Shown here: one piece after another, positions 11,001 through 24,221 of the stretch
Layout of the letters: each line of letters starts with the position of its first letter
How positions within the stretch are numbered: position 1 is the stretch's first letter
NCBI GenBank assembly: GCA_030248215.1
Contig: JASANG010001128.1
Location: 1-64,000 of the forward strand
Source: Enoplolaimus lenunculus
Lineage: Eukaryota
DNA length: 64,000 bases
Direction: 5' to 3'
The notes under the pieces: generated by a model
What the model was told of the DNA's origin: nothing
Seen by the model: only the letters and a program-made list of their open reading frames with translations
Database searches by the model: none
Made by a program: the position numbers and the translations under genes

Positions 11001-12653
11001 TATTCATTTATATATTGCCGTAGGACGCAAATTAGTCGCATTAATTCATATCAAGCTTCAAAATAAAAATACTCTTTTATTGCAAATACTTGCAGTTGTA
11101 AGAAACTCGTGCAAGTTGCAGTTGCGAGTTCTCGCTGCAAAAACTTGCTCGTATGAATAGCGCTCAAAATTATATAATTGCATCGTAATTGGCATTACGT
11201 AATACAAATGACGATTTCAATTTTTTGAAGTTTTAATAAACATCAGGGCAAGTTAAAATACCGGAGCCGGACGTTAATATTTCACCGGAACCAGATATCC
11301 AGTAGCACTCTGGTAGGCACGCGACGCAACGGCTCAGCCTTGCCTCGGCTAGAAAATAAATTTATTGGAGTCATTAAAGTAGACCCAGAGATACCCCAAA
11401 AACATCCCATTGCGGTAGGGCTAACCAAACGCCAACCCTGCATCCATTCGTATATATTACGTATTGTACATACGTACGTACGTACGTATATCTGTCTTAC
11501 TGCAAAATTGCAAACCGTGTGAACAAACAACACTATTCTAACTAGGAAACAACACACAAATAAACAGAAATAAAAACTCATAGTCACAAATCAAAAAATG
11601 CCGGAAACAATTTCTTCTACGCACAATCAAACCAACAAACTGTCAACTACAACAGCTTCATATTTTTGAACCAAAACAAACCCCTCCGCGCCTGATCAAA
11701 CCAGAATCACTCATTTTTCAACTGGGGTGCAATCTCATATCTGAATTTTGTCGACCTCAAACCACTGCACCAGCATTTACATTAATCCAAGGCGTGTGTT
11801 AAATGTGCTTTTTCCCTGCTTTCACAGAAATTTTGAAAATCAGATATATATCCTATTTATTCCACCCTTTGTATTCGACGTTCCTGACTTTAGAGTGAAA
11901 ACATTTCATCCGGATGGCGTTAGACACGAGGACGTACTTACCTACTTTACATTGGTTCAAAATAAATGACGTCTATTACAAAACGAAAAGCGATAAGCCA
12001 GTTTCTAAATGCAACTATTATTTTCAAACATACAGGTTTCAAAACAATCCAAATAGCGCAACTTATACGTATATATATGAATATATATAATAAATATAAT
12101 ATATATATTATATATACGTATTTCATTAATGAACCAAACACAACCAGTCGTTGAACCAGCATTTGGAGTGAAAACCCGAAGAGCTGTAGTTTCAAAACGA
12201 CGTTTTTTCGTTCACAATGAACATATTTCACCTGCACGAAAGACGCAATTGAAACAAAATTGTAATTCCTGCGTTTGGATTTGATTTTTAAAACACCGAA
12301 CTGAAACATTATTTTTATGCTCGAATGCTCGCAAAGCGTTTGTTTTTGAAAGATTTCTAAATCTATATATTCAAGATGGAACGCCACACATACGTATTTT
12401 GGGCAAATTTCCAGCATTACTTACTTTGTTTACAAAAATTTCTTAGGAAATACACGTGATTGATTGTTATTCGTTCTACGAAAAGAATGTTTGCGTTTCG
12501 CTAACTTTTCGCATTGACCAACGCAGGCAGACTAGTAAAATTTAATAGCGCACGTCTTATTTCAAGCTCGTACGTATCTGACACACAAACAAGTTTAAAA
12601 TTGGCATTCAAGTAAAACATGCGTATTATTAAACTTCAAACGATACTGCGTAA

Positions 12654-13070
12654 TAGGGTGCAACCGGAATTATAAAATACCGGAACCGGAAAGTTAAAAA
12701 ATACCGGAACCGGAGCCGGAACCGGAAAATAAAAAATATTTGTTACCGAAAAATTCATTTTTAGCGCTATTTTATCGCTTTTAATGCTGTAAACACACCA
12801 TTTAGAATATCAAAATCCTGAAACAATTGCAGTAGGTGGAAAATATAAGTATGGCACAAATTGAAAATTTTGGCAATACACGCTCGAACAATTTTAGATA
12901 AATAAGTTAGAATAATACGCCAATTTTTCTTAAATTTTTGAATGAGAAAAAATATTCAATACCGCAAATACCGGTAAATTCCGGTGAAAAAATACCGGAT
13001 TTCTTACCGGAACCGAATAGCAAAAAATACCGGATTTCCCTGCGGGAACCGGAATTCCGGTTGCACCCTG
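12654..13070. mobile_element. hAT-like MITE (CAGGGTGCAACCGG family)
   Basis: TIRs plus perfect 8-bp TSD CTGCGTAA (12646-12653 and 13071-13078). Confidence 0.9.
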
Positions 13071-16000
13071 CTGCGTAATATCAAGAGTTGATCATGACAA
13101 GAGTGTGAAGCGTAACTCTTAGATGCTACACGGTACAAAATGTACCACCGGGCGTTGCGTTTTTGGCCGACCCCCCTTTGCTTAGAGGGGGGTCGCTATC
13201 ACATGAATATTCCCTAAATTAAACTATAAGGGGACCATGTTTGACGCTGCATACATAAAGTGCCATGGTTCGCACCGGTTGTACCCCACTCTAAATAAAA
13301 TGAAAGTAGGGCAAAAACGCAACGCTTGCCGGGTAAATTCTTTTCAACGCAAAATCTACCCAGTTACATGCTCTTGTTCTTGTTGAAGTATGCATCATCC
13401 ACTCTTGGTAATATTAACTTGTAGAATTCGTTTTTCCAGTTTGCAAAAGCTTGCGACAGGCAGTTGAAATTTATCAGCACACAATTATCACCACACAATT
13501 CAATATAATACATCCCCTCTTATGACAAAACAGCTTATACAGTGCACATCCTATTCAGAAACCAAGTGCATATCCGCGAACACAAATAGCAAAAGCGAAT
13601 GCAACGAAAAAATAAACGTATATATCAAGGTTCCACCGGAATTCCTGTTGTGCCCGGAATTCATGCCAAACGATTCAATTCCTGTCCAGACGTCGAAAGA
13701 CGAAAGAATCGGAATTTTACGACGATCTTGTGACAAGTTATCGAGAATAAGCTCGAATCATATTTTACAATCAGCATATTTTAATTTGAATCACAGTCAA
13801 ATAGCAGTAATTCGGTGGTTGCAATATATTTTTACAATTCCTCTTCCGGTTCTTGTTGATGTTCCGATGCAAAAAATGAATTCCTGTTCTTGTTTCTTCT
13901 TTCTGTGCAATAGGTATGTATGTTCGTGTTGGAACCGTGATATATTAATTGCGTAATAAGCTATGTCATAATGCAACATGTAACTTTGATATCAAAGGCC
14001 TGAAGAGCAGATTGGGCTGTGACATATACATAGATATATATATCCAGAACCGGAAGCTGATAAAAGCCGGAACCGGAATTCCGGTTGCACCCTGGATGTA
14101 CGTATATAACTTAGTTCATAGTTTAACAATGCAAACGCGACACATAACTCACAGCACACGGTTAGTACGTACGTACACCAATACAGCAGTCGTTCAGAGG
14201 AAAATCCCAACGGTTTTAATCAAGACACAAATATGATTTTAGCCGCTGTCCTCTGAGATCCAAGAACTTTGTCATTTGCCCTCACATTGACAGATATTTC
14301 TATTACATTATATAAATTTAAAATTTTAAATTATAATGCTCACGGCATATACGTATGTCCACGCTACCAATTCCCGCTGACGCCACAAATAAAATCTTTC
14401 CAGCGACTTGTAGCGGGGTTGTAAATGGTACAACGATACCAGAAAGAGAAACCCAAAATTGATGCTTGATCAGTAATCGCAGTCAGTACCTATCACTTTT
14501 CACGTCAAGGGTTCACAAGCAACCACATTACGATAGGGAACGAAACGTATATGTACATTTATTTCTTAAGTAATCTCTACACTTCTGTCATGATTGGAAA
14601 TCAATTAAAGTCTTAAAGAAAAAACTGTAACTTTTGTGACACGATGTTAATAGACTATACCCATGCAAGTTGTAGGTAGTAAAACAAATTCTACAGTAGC
14701 GATATCCGGTCTCGGTCTAGGTAAGTCACTTATATTTTGTTGGTCTCGGTCTAAGTCTCGTTTTTCTGAGTTTTTCTAGGTTTATAACCGAAACAAAAAA
14801 AATAAGTTCCCGTTTTTCTGCTCAACGTTCATAATAAACGGATTTTGTTGATTTTTAGATAAGTATGAATTTTCGCCAGTTTTAGCAATCATTGTTACAT
14901 ATTACGTATTCTGCAATATTGTTTTTTAAACTTCATTACGTACTTGCTGATTTCACCAATATTTTCAGCAAATAGTAATACCTCTTTGTTTCTCTCAATA
15001 CGATAAACTTGAAAATATTAAATATGGCTGTACACAAATAATGTTTGTAAATGCTTTTTGCAGGGTGGCACCGAATCCACGATTTGATCGAATCCGAATC
15101 CATTGCTAATTTGCCGAATCCGAAACCGAATCTTGCCAGTTGCAAGTTTGCCAGCCGCATAATTTTCAAACATTAATATTTCGTCCGCGACCTCAGTTCT
15201 GAGATTTGTGACTTGAAACAAAAAATATTGATTTATATAATAAGTTATTTAATTTTGTTATTGTTTAACAACTAAAAAACATATGCAGAACATTGTTGGT
15301 TTCAAATTTTTGCCGAATCCAGATTCGAACCTTTGTTGCCACCCTGCCCTTTTAAAAATAAATTCTCTGCAAACAAAACCAGTTGTTATTAGGACGACAC
15401 ATCAAGGTATAAATTTTAACACTTGTTTTCGCTGTTTTACATGTGCTGGAGTTCTGTGATTTTTTTGTGGTAAATAAAAAATAAATTTGCAATAGTTTCT
15501 TAGCTTAAAATCATAAACAAGCCAAAAATTCTAATCGCATTCAACAAATTATTACGCCAAAATAAAAAAGCTACGTATACATATACGAACAACATTCAAA
15601 ACTTTCGTTGGAAAAAATTTTATTATATTTTCGGACATAGTGCAAAATTGACCGAGACAAAAAGTCTTGGTCTCGATATGTAGAATCGGTCCCGGGTCCC
15701 GGTTTTTGACCACGACCGCCCATCCCTGTTCTGCAGCAATAAAAATATACAATAATACCGTAAAAAACTGAACAATATAATAGCTAATTGCTCAAACTAA
15801 CGTATAAAATTCAATTTTATAACATTAATCCATCAGGGTGCAAACGGAATTCCAATCAAAATATAGTTAAGGTTCCGATTGCTGGTATAATCGGAAGCGG
15901 AATCTTACTTTTTATCAAATTTGCCTGCACGAGGCTAGCAGTTTCTTATGCTTGAATGGCGGAAAAGCCCAGACCAAAAATGTTAATATGTTTTCGAAGA

Positions 16001-16254
16001 ATAAATACAAATTAATACCTATGTGGGACTGAAATAGCCCGGACAACCCAATGTAAGGGAATCTTCCTTGTTCATCTAGCGCAATGTATGAAAGTAGATT
16101 TTTCCAGGCCAAGCATACGTAAGTTTAAAAGCACGAATGCGATCTGAAAATTTCTAGTTCCAATTCCAGCATGTGCAAATTTCCTGTTCCAATTATGATT
16201 CCTGTATAATTCAGTTCAGTTTTGCACCCTGTATACCAGATAAACATAACTTAC

Positions 16255-16387
16255 CGCCGACACCGTGCTTGACGTCTGAGCTTCGTGTACTAAATACTGC
16301 TACCACAAGAAGCGTCCAGAAAACAGCTATCAGGGAACGTTGTTGAAAAATAAAATTAGATGGTGAAAATTGAGCAAATTCAAGCAT
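16255..16387 (-). CDS. Candidate first coding exon with signal-peptide-like segment
   Basis: MLEFAQ...SLIAVFWTLLVVAVFSTRS...GVG followed by strong donor G|GTAAGT; downstream exons not identified. Confidence 0.3.
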
Positions 16388-17820
16388 TATAGTTCTCGCC
16401 ACGAACTGCCAGTCGAAAAATAATAAGTGATTAGGTTAAGCGAATGTCATACTAAGACACATTTTAGTTAAAACAAAGATGATGTACGATGACGAAGATT
16501 CCACAACCAACACTCGGATCTTTATTAATCCTTCATTTCTTACTTTATTCAAAAAAATGATCAGCATAAGTTAATATACGTACTGTCCAGCTAAAAATAG
16601 ATTAATAGATTAAAACAGCGTCTTCCACGATTTGACCGAATCCGAATCCAGTGCTAATTTGCCGAATCCGAATCCGAATCCTGCATGTTGCGAATTTCTG
16701 ATATATCTATCATTTGTTTCAGAATATCAACGCAATGCCAGCCGCATAACTTTTAATACGTTAATATATTTCGTCCCGACGTCAGTTCTGAGATTTTTCA
16801 CCTGAAATAAAAAAAATATTGATTTTTATAGCATGCTTAAAAATGAAAAACATATTGCCGAACTTTGTTGGATTCGGCTTTTGGATTCGGCTTTTCCACA
16901 ACTGAATCCGAATCCGAATCCGAACCATTGTTGCCACCCTGCTTGTGTTGCTTCGTGCTTGGTGTACACAGTTAACCGCTGCGGGAACCGAAAAAAGAAT
17001 TTGCCGAAATTTTGGTGGAATAAGAATAGCGGTGGAATCCTGTAGAATTATACGGTTTACTGTCTAAAAAATTTGCACAACGCTCCTTGGAGCAAGGGCG
17101 CCAATCGAGGAACACTTTACACCATGTTTTCGGTCAGTGAAAGGGTTATGATAGTTACCGTTGTAGGTTATTAGACTGGTTTACTGGTTTGCTTAGTTTA
17201 GTTATCCAAATTAAACTTTCATTACTCCACGGGAATTCTTTTTAACGGGGATCTTTTATCATACTGCGGGGTTATTTATAACCTAATGAATGGAACACTG
17301 GAATACGAATGCATCGTGCGTCCAATTGAGCGAAAATGTTACTGAAAATTAATGTTGTTTTCCGATGTATCCATCTATGTAGTTTTCTTTCATGTTGTGG
17401 CTGCAGGGTCTCGCTACAAAACTTTCAGTATGAACAGCACGTATCTTTTTTACGAAATTCAGTTCAATTCAAAATATGGCCTTAAAATAGTATCATTGTA
17501 CTAGCTATGTGAAATAAATGAACAGAAGCTGAGAATATTGTTGCTACATCATAATGCTTTTGGAGTGTCACAACGATACCGGCCTTTTGCCATCCACCAA
17601 TATAAAACGAACATTCATTACATACATGTCCCGATTTGTACAGATTATGATATTTACAATTTAGAATACTTAAAGTCCATTTATAATCAACTTCTCACTT
17701 TTTAATTGCCCCGCGTTTTCGATGGGTCTGTCGAGACAGCTTCGAGCCTATGTCTTTGATGTGTCGGTGAGCGTACAAAACATACAATTCTAAAATTTTT
17801 AGTTATTCTGCAACTGCATC

Positions 17821-18640
17821 ATGCGGGATACACGCTAACTGGGGCAGCGGACAACGCGTTTTGTCCCTTTTACAAGAGCGGGTAACATTCTGTCCCATAG
17901 TCGATCCGCTATCAAATTAAAAAAATTGAATTGTCTGCTATCCAGACGTGACATCTACTGTTTGTACTGCAGTATCATATGATATTCGAAATATTGTATG
18001 TCAGTATCACATACGATATGTTTGAAAATGTCTGCAAACTTGTGGTAACCTAGCTTGCTTGTCCTGTAAAATGTCAATGATACTAAACTTTGAAATTTGA
18101 CTTATTTGTACATATATTTAAAGAAAATTTTTGAAAGAAAGAGAAACGGAGAAGCTAATTGAGCGTTCGAAATGATTTAATGCAACAGGAATAAACTTGA
18201 TGTCTTTTAGAATGTGATATGATACTATAAAGTTTGAAATTTGAATTATTTGTACGTATAAATATATTGAAGGAAAGTTTTTAAAAGAAACAGAAACGTA
18301 GAAGTAATTGAGCGTTCGAAATCATTTAATGCAGCAGGAATCTAACTTTTTCCAATTTTGTTAGAGAGTAACAATTACGCTGACCTGCGTAGTATCATAT
18401 GATATTTAATGGAATTTTGGAATATGATGTGATATTCGCCTAAATGTAGCGTGGTATCATATGAAACATGTGTATTTGTATACAATGATCGCTCGACATC
18501 AGTGATTTGTAAGTGAATATCATGTGACATTTACATTTTGTCATGTTTTTCGGTATTTTGGTAGGAAAATTTTTGTTGACGTCGAATCAATATGGGACAA
18601 AACAGGCTCCGGGCAGCCCCATTTATAACGTGATCACCGC
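17821..18640. mobile_element. Non-autonomous TIR element rich in ATCATATGAT palindromes
   Basis: Imperfect inverted ends (GGGGCAGC...TTTTGTCCC / GGGACAAAA...GCAGCCCC); relative at ~22870-23806. Confidence 0.55.
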
Positions 18641-19475
18641 TTCCGTAGTGTGGCCTGGGTATTCGGTTTAGAAGATTGCTACTGATTAATAACGTGCCAA
18701 ATGACCCAGCAGAAATATATGTGCACATCAGGGTGCTACCGGATATCCGGTTCCGGCTCCGTCTCCGGTATTTTTTCTTGCCGGATATTTGTTTAAAAAT
18801 TTAAAAAAACGAAACTGAGCAGCGATCATGTACAGGTCACAATTTTGTTCTTATTTATGCAGTAGTTCCAGTCCAGGTATCGCGCATGGTGCATTAACAA
18901 CATTATAATGATGCACTTTCAACAATAATAGCATCGAGTTAATTAGCGTATTATTTAATAATACCTACGTGCGTTTATAGTTCCATATCTTTGTGGTTGA
19001 AGTAAAGACTTTTTGCAACTACACATTCGTTGAAGGTAGAGGTACTTGTAGAATAAATTTACATGGCCTGTCAAAGGTTCAGTTTCGTACCTTGCATGTT
19101 CATTTGTAGCAAATACGAAAGAATAACCTTAATCCTGAGCCCACACTTTTTATAGGCCTACACTTCAAAGTGAAGAAAGTCAAAACTAAGTCTAAGTGAA
19201 AACAATAGCCTTAATTCTAAGCTACGCCACCGTTTAAAGTACCTTGGAAAGACTGGATGCCCGACCGTAGACAGACCAAACAAATATTGCAACTGAACGC
19301 AACCTTTACATAAACATAGAATATGGAATAGGGTCGGTGTTAAAGTGTTAAGCTTTGTCCCGGAAACACTTTGAATATAGGACACGGAATGAAGAATTGT
19401 GAGGTACGTTCTAGCATTTGAATGCCGGTTTAGTATTAGATTGGGATAGGCACTTAGACTTGCATGCATACACAC

Positions 19476-19721
19476 CACGGTGCAACCGGAGGTGAAAAAT
19501 GCCGGAGCCGGAGCCGGAGCCGGAGGTGTGGCGAAATTAGGTAGTAAAAATGATCGTTAATTAGTTAATTTTAACCAATATCTGCAATATGTTGTTAAGT
19601 TGTTTGATTTTTACGCTAATTTTCAGCGAAATTTCGGAATGTCTTTCCTGAAAACTGTTACAAAAGTAAAACGAAACACGCGAAAACAGATAAATTTTGC
19701 AAAATTATGCGTTGTACCCTG
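19476..19721. mobile_element. hAT-like MITE
   Basis: Degenerate TIRs with perfect 8-bp TSD ATACACAC; longer relatives at ~27590-27926 and 60845-61209. Confidence 0.85.
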
Positions 19722-19849
19722 ATACACACGAATATATTTCAATTTATGCTTTATTATTGTGTTTGTTTTGAATTTCAGTTGTTTGTGGAAATAAATAATT
19801 GAAAACGTATGTGCTCGTGGTATTTTTTGAGTGATAGGCAATTAATTTA

Positions 19850-20101
19850 CACTGTAAATTTCAATGAGTTAATTAATCAACTCAGACGAATAGTTAGTTA
19901 TTTTTGAGTTAATAAATGTCAAGTTTAACTCACTCTGAATTGAGCTGATTCTCACTCTGAGTTGAGTTGATTCCGGTGGAGTTGATTAATTAAATCAGGA
20001 TGAGTTAAATCAACTCAGTATTTTGAGTTCTGATTGTCCTAACTCAAACTGAGTGATTCAACTCATTCTGAGTTAAAATCAACTCACTGGAATTTACAGT
20101 G
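19850..20101. mobile_element. Palindromic MITE with CACTGTAAATT termini, TA-flanked
   Basis: TA|CACTGTAAATT ... AATTTACAGTG|TA; GAGTT/AACTC-rich; other copies ~59560-59812 and ~62539-62787. Confidence 0.8.
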
Positions 20102-21012
20102 TACGAAAAAACTCATAATTGTTGCTCTCAAACATTAATTCAAAAAGTAATATGGTTTACTAAGCCAAAATACAAACTATAAAAAAATATGACAATCAAT
20201 AAACAAAGAATTAAATTTTTTTCTTGGCTTAGGTTTAGGCTTAGGCTTAGGAATATATATGCTCAATCCGTACGCTTATGCTTAGGCTTAGGCTTAAGGT
20301 TAGGAATATGCGTATATATAGTAGTGTTCCGCCCTTGTGATTTATATTGGCGCCCGAAGGTAAACCAAGTTTAGCTCTCAAAGTGTTTAAGTTCGATACT
20401 GTTTCAGATAGGATCAGAAGTTAAATGCTTAATAACAGAATTCCAACAGTCGATATCGTGGTCTGATCTGATACTTTGTGCCAAAAGACATCAAAACTTT
20501 GCGCTTTAATAGTTTTAGATGTCGTTAGCTTTGTTTGCTTGTTGATTTTAACATATACATCCTACTTTCTTATCAACAGAAAGCTGTATTTCGCAGAGCC
20601 TTATTCAAACACAACTGTATCGCTATATTTTTACTTGGGTTTTGTAAATTGAAGTTTTTACTAAAACTGTTTGCAGCAACAGTATACTTTATTTATGGCC
20701 CATGTACAGAATAGGGCCAAAACAGCAGTATAAACGTATTCCTAAGCCTAAGCCTAGTTAAGCATATTCCTAACCTAAGCCTAAGCCTACTTAAGCCTAG
20801 TTAAGCATATTCCTAGCCTAAGCCTAAGCCTACTTAAGCCTAAGGCTAAGGAAGCGTACGAATGAGCCTATTATGGGCCCTCAATATTATCACTTCTAAA
20901 TTCTGTTAGGCATTCTGCAACTCGGCAGGTGGATATCTCGTGGACAGATATAACGGCCCATGTTTAATTTGAGGAGAGTAATTTTAAAGTTTTAGACTAA
21001 TTTTTTTGCTTA

Positions 21013-21221
21013 CAATGCAAAAAATGGTTGGTCAAATTGACTCTCTCCGAAATGGGCTCTACGGGACTACATAAAACTGAGTCAAATTCAAGTCCGGCAG
21101 AGACAAATTCGACTCATTAGTCGCACGTTTGACTCTGGCGGACTCGATTTTGACTCAGTTTGTGTAGTTCCGTAGAGCCTATTTCATAGAGTGTCAATTT
21201 GACTCACCATTTTTTGCAGTG
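21013..21221. mobile_element. Palindromic MITE with CACTGCAAAAAATGG-type termini
   Basis: Long inverted arms; related copies ~21695-21888, ~30265-30381, ~37470-37573, ~62990-63078. Confidence 0.75.
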
Positions 21222-23180
21222 TAGGATTAGGCTTTGTCTTAGTTGTAGGTTTATCTATTAACGCTGATGCTTGTCAATTCTTGTGGATATTTTAATCCGG
21301 ATATCCATTTTCCGTTTTTGTTCCTATACCAAAAATTTCGTTTATTTTTACGTTCAAAATGAGTAGTTATAAATCACGTAATATATCGCAATTTTTCATT
21401 ACAGATGTGTTGCAATTGTTCGAAATGAAACAAAAATTTGAAGTAGTGAAAAAACTCGTGAGTCAACGAGCGAGAAGTCTGCTGGGCTAAATTTTTGCAC
21501 CAAATTTCGATGTAAAAATTTCATTTTGCGTATCTCCACTGAAAGGAATCTTATCTCTAAATACCCACAAATCCGCCCTTGTCGTTGCATTTGATATGTA
21601 AGAAATTTCACATGGAATCTTCGAGAAATGAAAACAGGCTACATTTTCAAACTAAATTCGTTTAAAACTTACACAACCAACATTTAGTTGGAAGACTGCA
21701 AAAAATGTTGAGTCAAAATTAACTCTCTCCGAAATAGGCTTTTCCTGACTACATAAAACTGAGTCAAAATTCGACTCCGTCTCAGTCAAATCCGACTCAA
21801 TTTGACTCTGTCGGAGTTGAATTTTGACTCAGTTTGTGTAGTCAGGAAAAGCCTATTTCGAAGATTTGACTCCCCAATTTTTGCAGTGTGTGACCTGTGG
21901 TAGTCATAGTCACAAATAGGGGTTATTTAAAAAAATGCTATTCTAATTTATCTTAAATACAATAGAAAGTATATACACCTACGGCCTAAAAGAACTAATG
22001 GAACGAATCAAAGATGCATTCAATTACATATTGAACTGGACCGGCATAACTGCGAAGTATGTTTGATACACGAACTTTTGTTCAGTTTGCTACTGTCAAA
22101 GTATAAAACCGGAAGTCTTTGGCTACGGCAGAAAATTGGAACAATTTTGCGCCCCCCCTAGAAGATTTTAAACTCTGCTTATAGTCGTTTAAAACCCTTA
22201 AATACCCTTGTGAAAAAAATTTCAATTTTCCTAGCAAGGTGAGCTGGTTACTGGCCTGTCTTCGATTGCATCCTGCTATGCATTTGAATTTTTACAGTAC
22301 GATACATATAGGCTTGTTTATTCGTCAAGTACGAATATAAGACACTCCTATTTTTCAGGAACAGGACGGAGAAAGTTCGGATCACGGTTTATATCATGTG
22401 TTACGATTACAATGCGACGGCTTTGGTTTTTATTATGAGAGAGTAATGAAAAATGTAACAAAATTAGAAATTAGTCAAATTGAAAATCATGAAGCGCCGA
22501 ATATGACTTTTCTTAGAGAGTCAGTGATTTGTTAAACTGAAAAATTAGAGGATTAGAAAGGCGTGAAGTGCTCAATAGGACCTTATTATCGAGGCAATAT
22601 TCAACATCAGAAATATCGTGTTATACTTACTATTAGGTTTAACAATACCAGTATTTTCCACATTTCTTCGGCTGCCAAAAACGCACAGTAAGTTAGTGGT
22701 GTACTGACTGCACGCAATAATTGTAATAGAATATAGGACACTTTTATGAAAATTACTTCAAAATACACCGCAGTTGGTGTCGTTTTGGTATACAATACAC
22801 CACCAACTCGGAATTGATTTTCCGGTAGCATTTAATATCTCTTATCCTAATGCAAAGTTCACCCTATAAATGGTGCAGCTGGGTCACGTTTTGTCACGCT
22901 CTATATGTTGGGTAACATTTTGTCTGCGATGTAACCCAATATGATATTCCAAAAACAGTGGTTGTCTCTCCAAACATCATGTATCGTTCATGTTTTGTCT
23001 TTCAATATCATATGATATTCCCTGCATCGTCTGTCAATATCATGTGATAATTTTGAAAATGTCTACTGAGTCAGTTACATAGCTAAGATTACGTATGACG
23101 GAATATCATATGATACTCAAACATGTGCCGTTAGTATCGTATGCTATAATGAGACAATGTAAATAACATACGAATAATAT

Positions 23181-23453
23181 GGCGGGATATTTCAATTTTA
23201 CCGGGAAAATTCAAAATTTGGCGGGAAAATGACATTTTTGGCAAAAAATCCAAGTTTTGGCGGAAAATTCAAATTTTGGGAAAATTCAAATTTCGGCGGG
23301 AAATTTGAATTTTGGCGGGAAAATTCAAATTTGGGAAAATTCAAATTTTGGCGGGAAACTTAAATTTTGGCGGGAAAATTCAAAATTTGGCGGGAGAAGT
23401 CAAATTTTGGCAGGAAAATTCAAATTTTGGCGGGAACATTCAAATTTTGGCGG
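23181..23453. repeat. ~20-bp minisatellite (TTTTGGCGGGAAAATTCAAA)n inside a TIR element
   Basis: About 13 degenerate tandem units. Confidence 0.85.
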
Positions 23454-24221
23454 ATTGTCTTATGAAATGAAATGAACTACATAATAGAATATCATATAAA
23501 ACACTTAAACTGTACAGTCAACATCATATGATACTCCAAATCTGTCTTGCTGAATGTCATATCATATATGCTGTTAATTTAGAATATCATATGATATTCA
23601 CCAATATGTCTGATAGTGTCCTCTTTACATACGAACACTTGTATGTTGAGATGACCTGTGTACTCGTGCTTTGTATAGCAATATCACATGATATTCGACT
23701 TTTGTCTGTCCGTATCATATGATGGTAACAAAAATTTATGTTGATGTCGGATCAACATGTGACAAAACGTGACCCGACTGCCCCAGTTATAACGTGAACC
23801 CCGCATAAGGTTATATTGCGCACTGAATTTCCCGTTTTTATACCTAAAAATGTATTCTACAAGTTTTCGGAACGTGAAAATAATGCTAGTTTACCTGATT
23901 TTGGGTCGGATTTGAATTCAGGGAAGTATAGGTTTACACCAAAATTTTATGACCTTTCTGCTAATTACCGTAGTAAGGTGGGTGTAACCGCATAGATAAA
24001 TTACCGGAAACAGATTGCGGGCAATCGGATAGAAACTGGATGGCGATACTGAGTCACAAAAACTTCCCAAATGTCTTACTTATCAGCCAAAACAATTGCG
24101 GCATACGAATATTCGCCGAACACGCTGCGTGTTTACAGAAACAATGGATGTGCCCAAATTTTACGAATTTGGATAATTTTCATAATTTTTTTGTAATATC
24201 AGAATTTACAGCACATCTGCA

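Noticed and set aside
8772..14236. Assorted short ORFs
   Set aside because: No recognisable motifs or consistent splice chain
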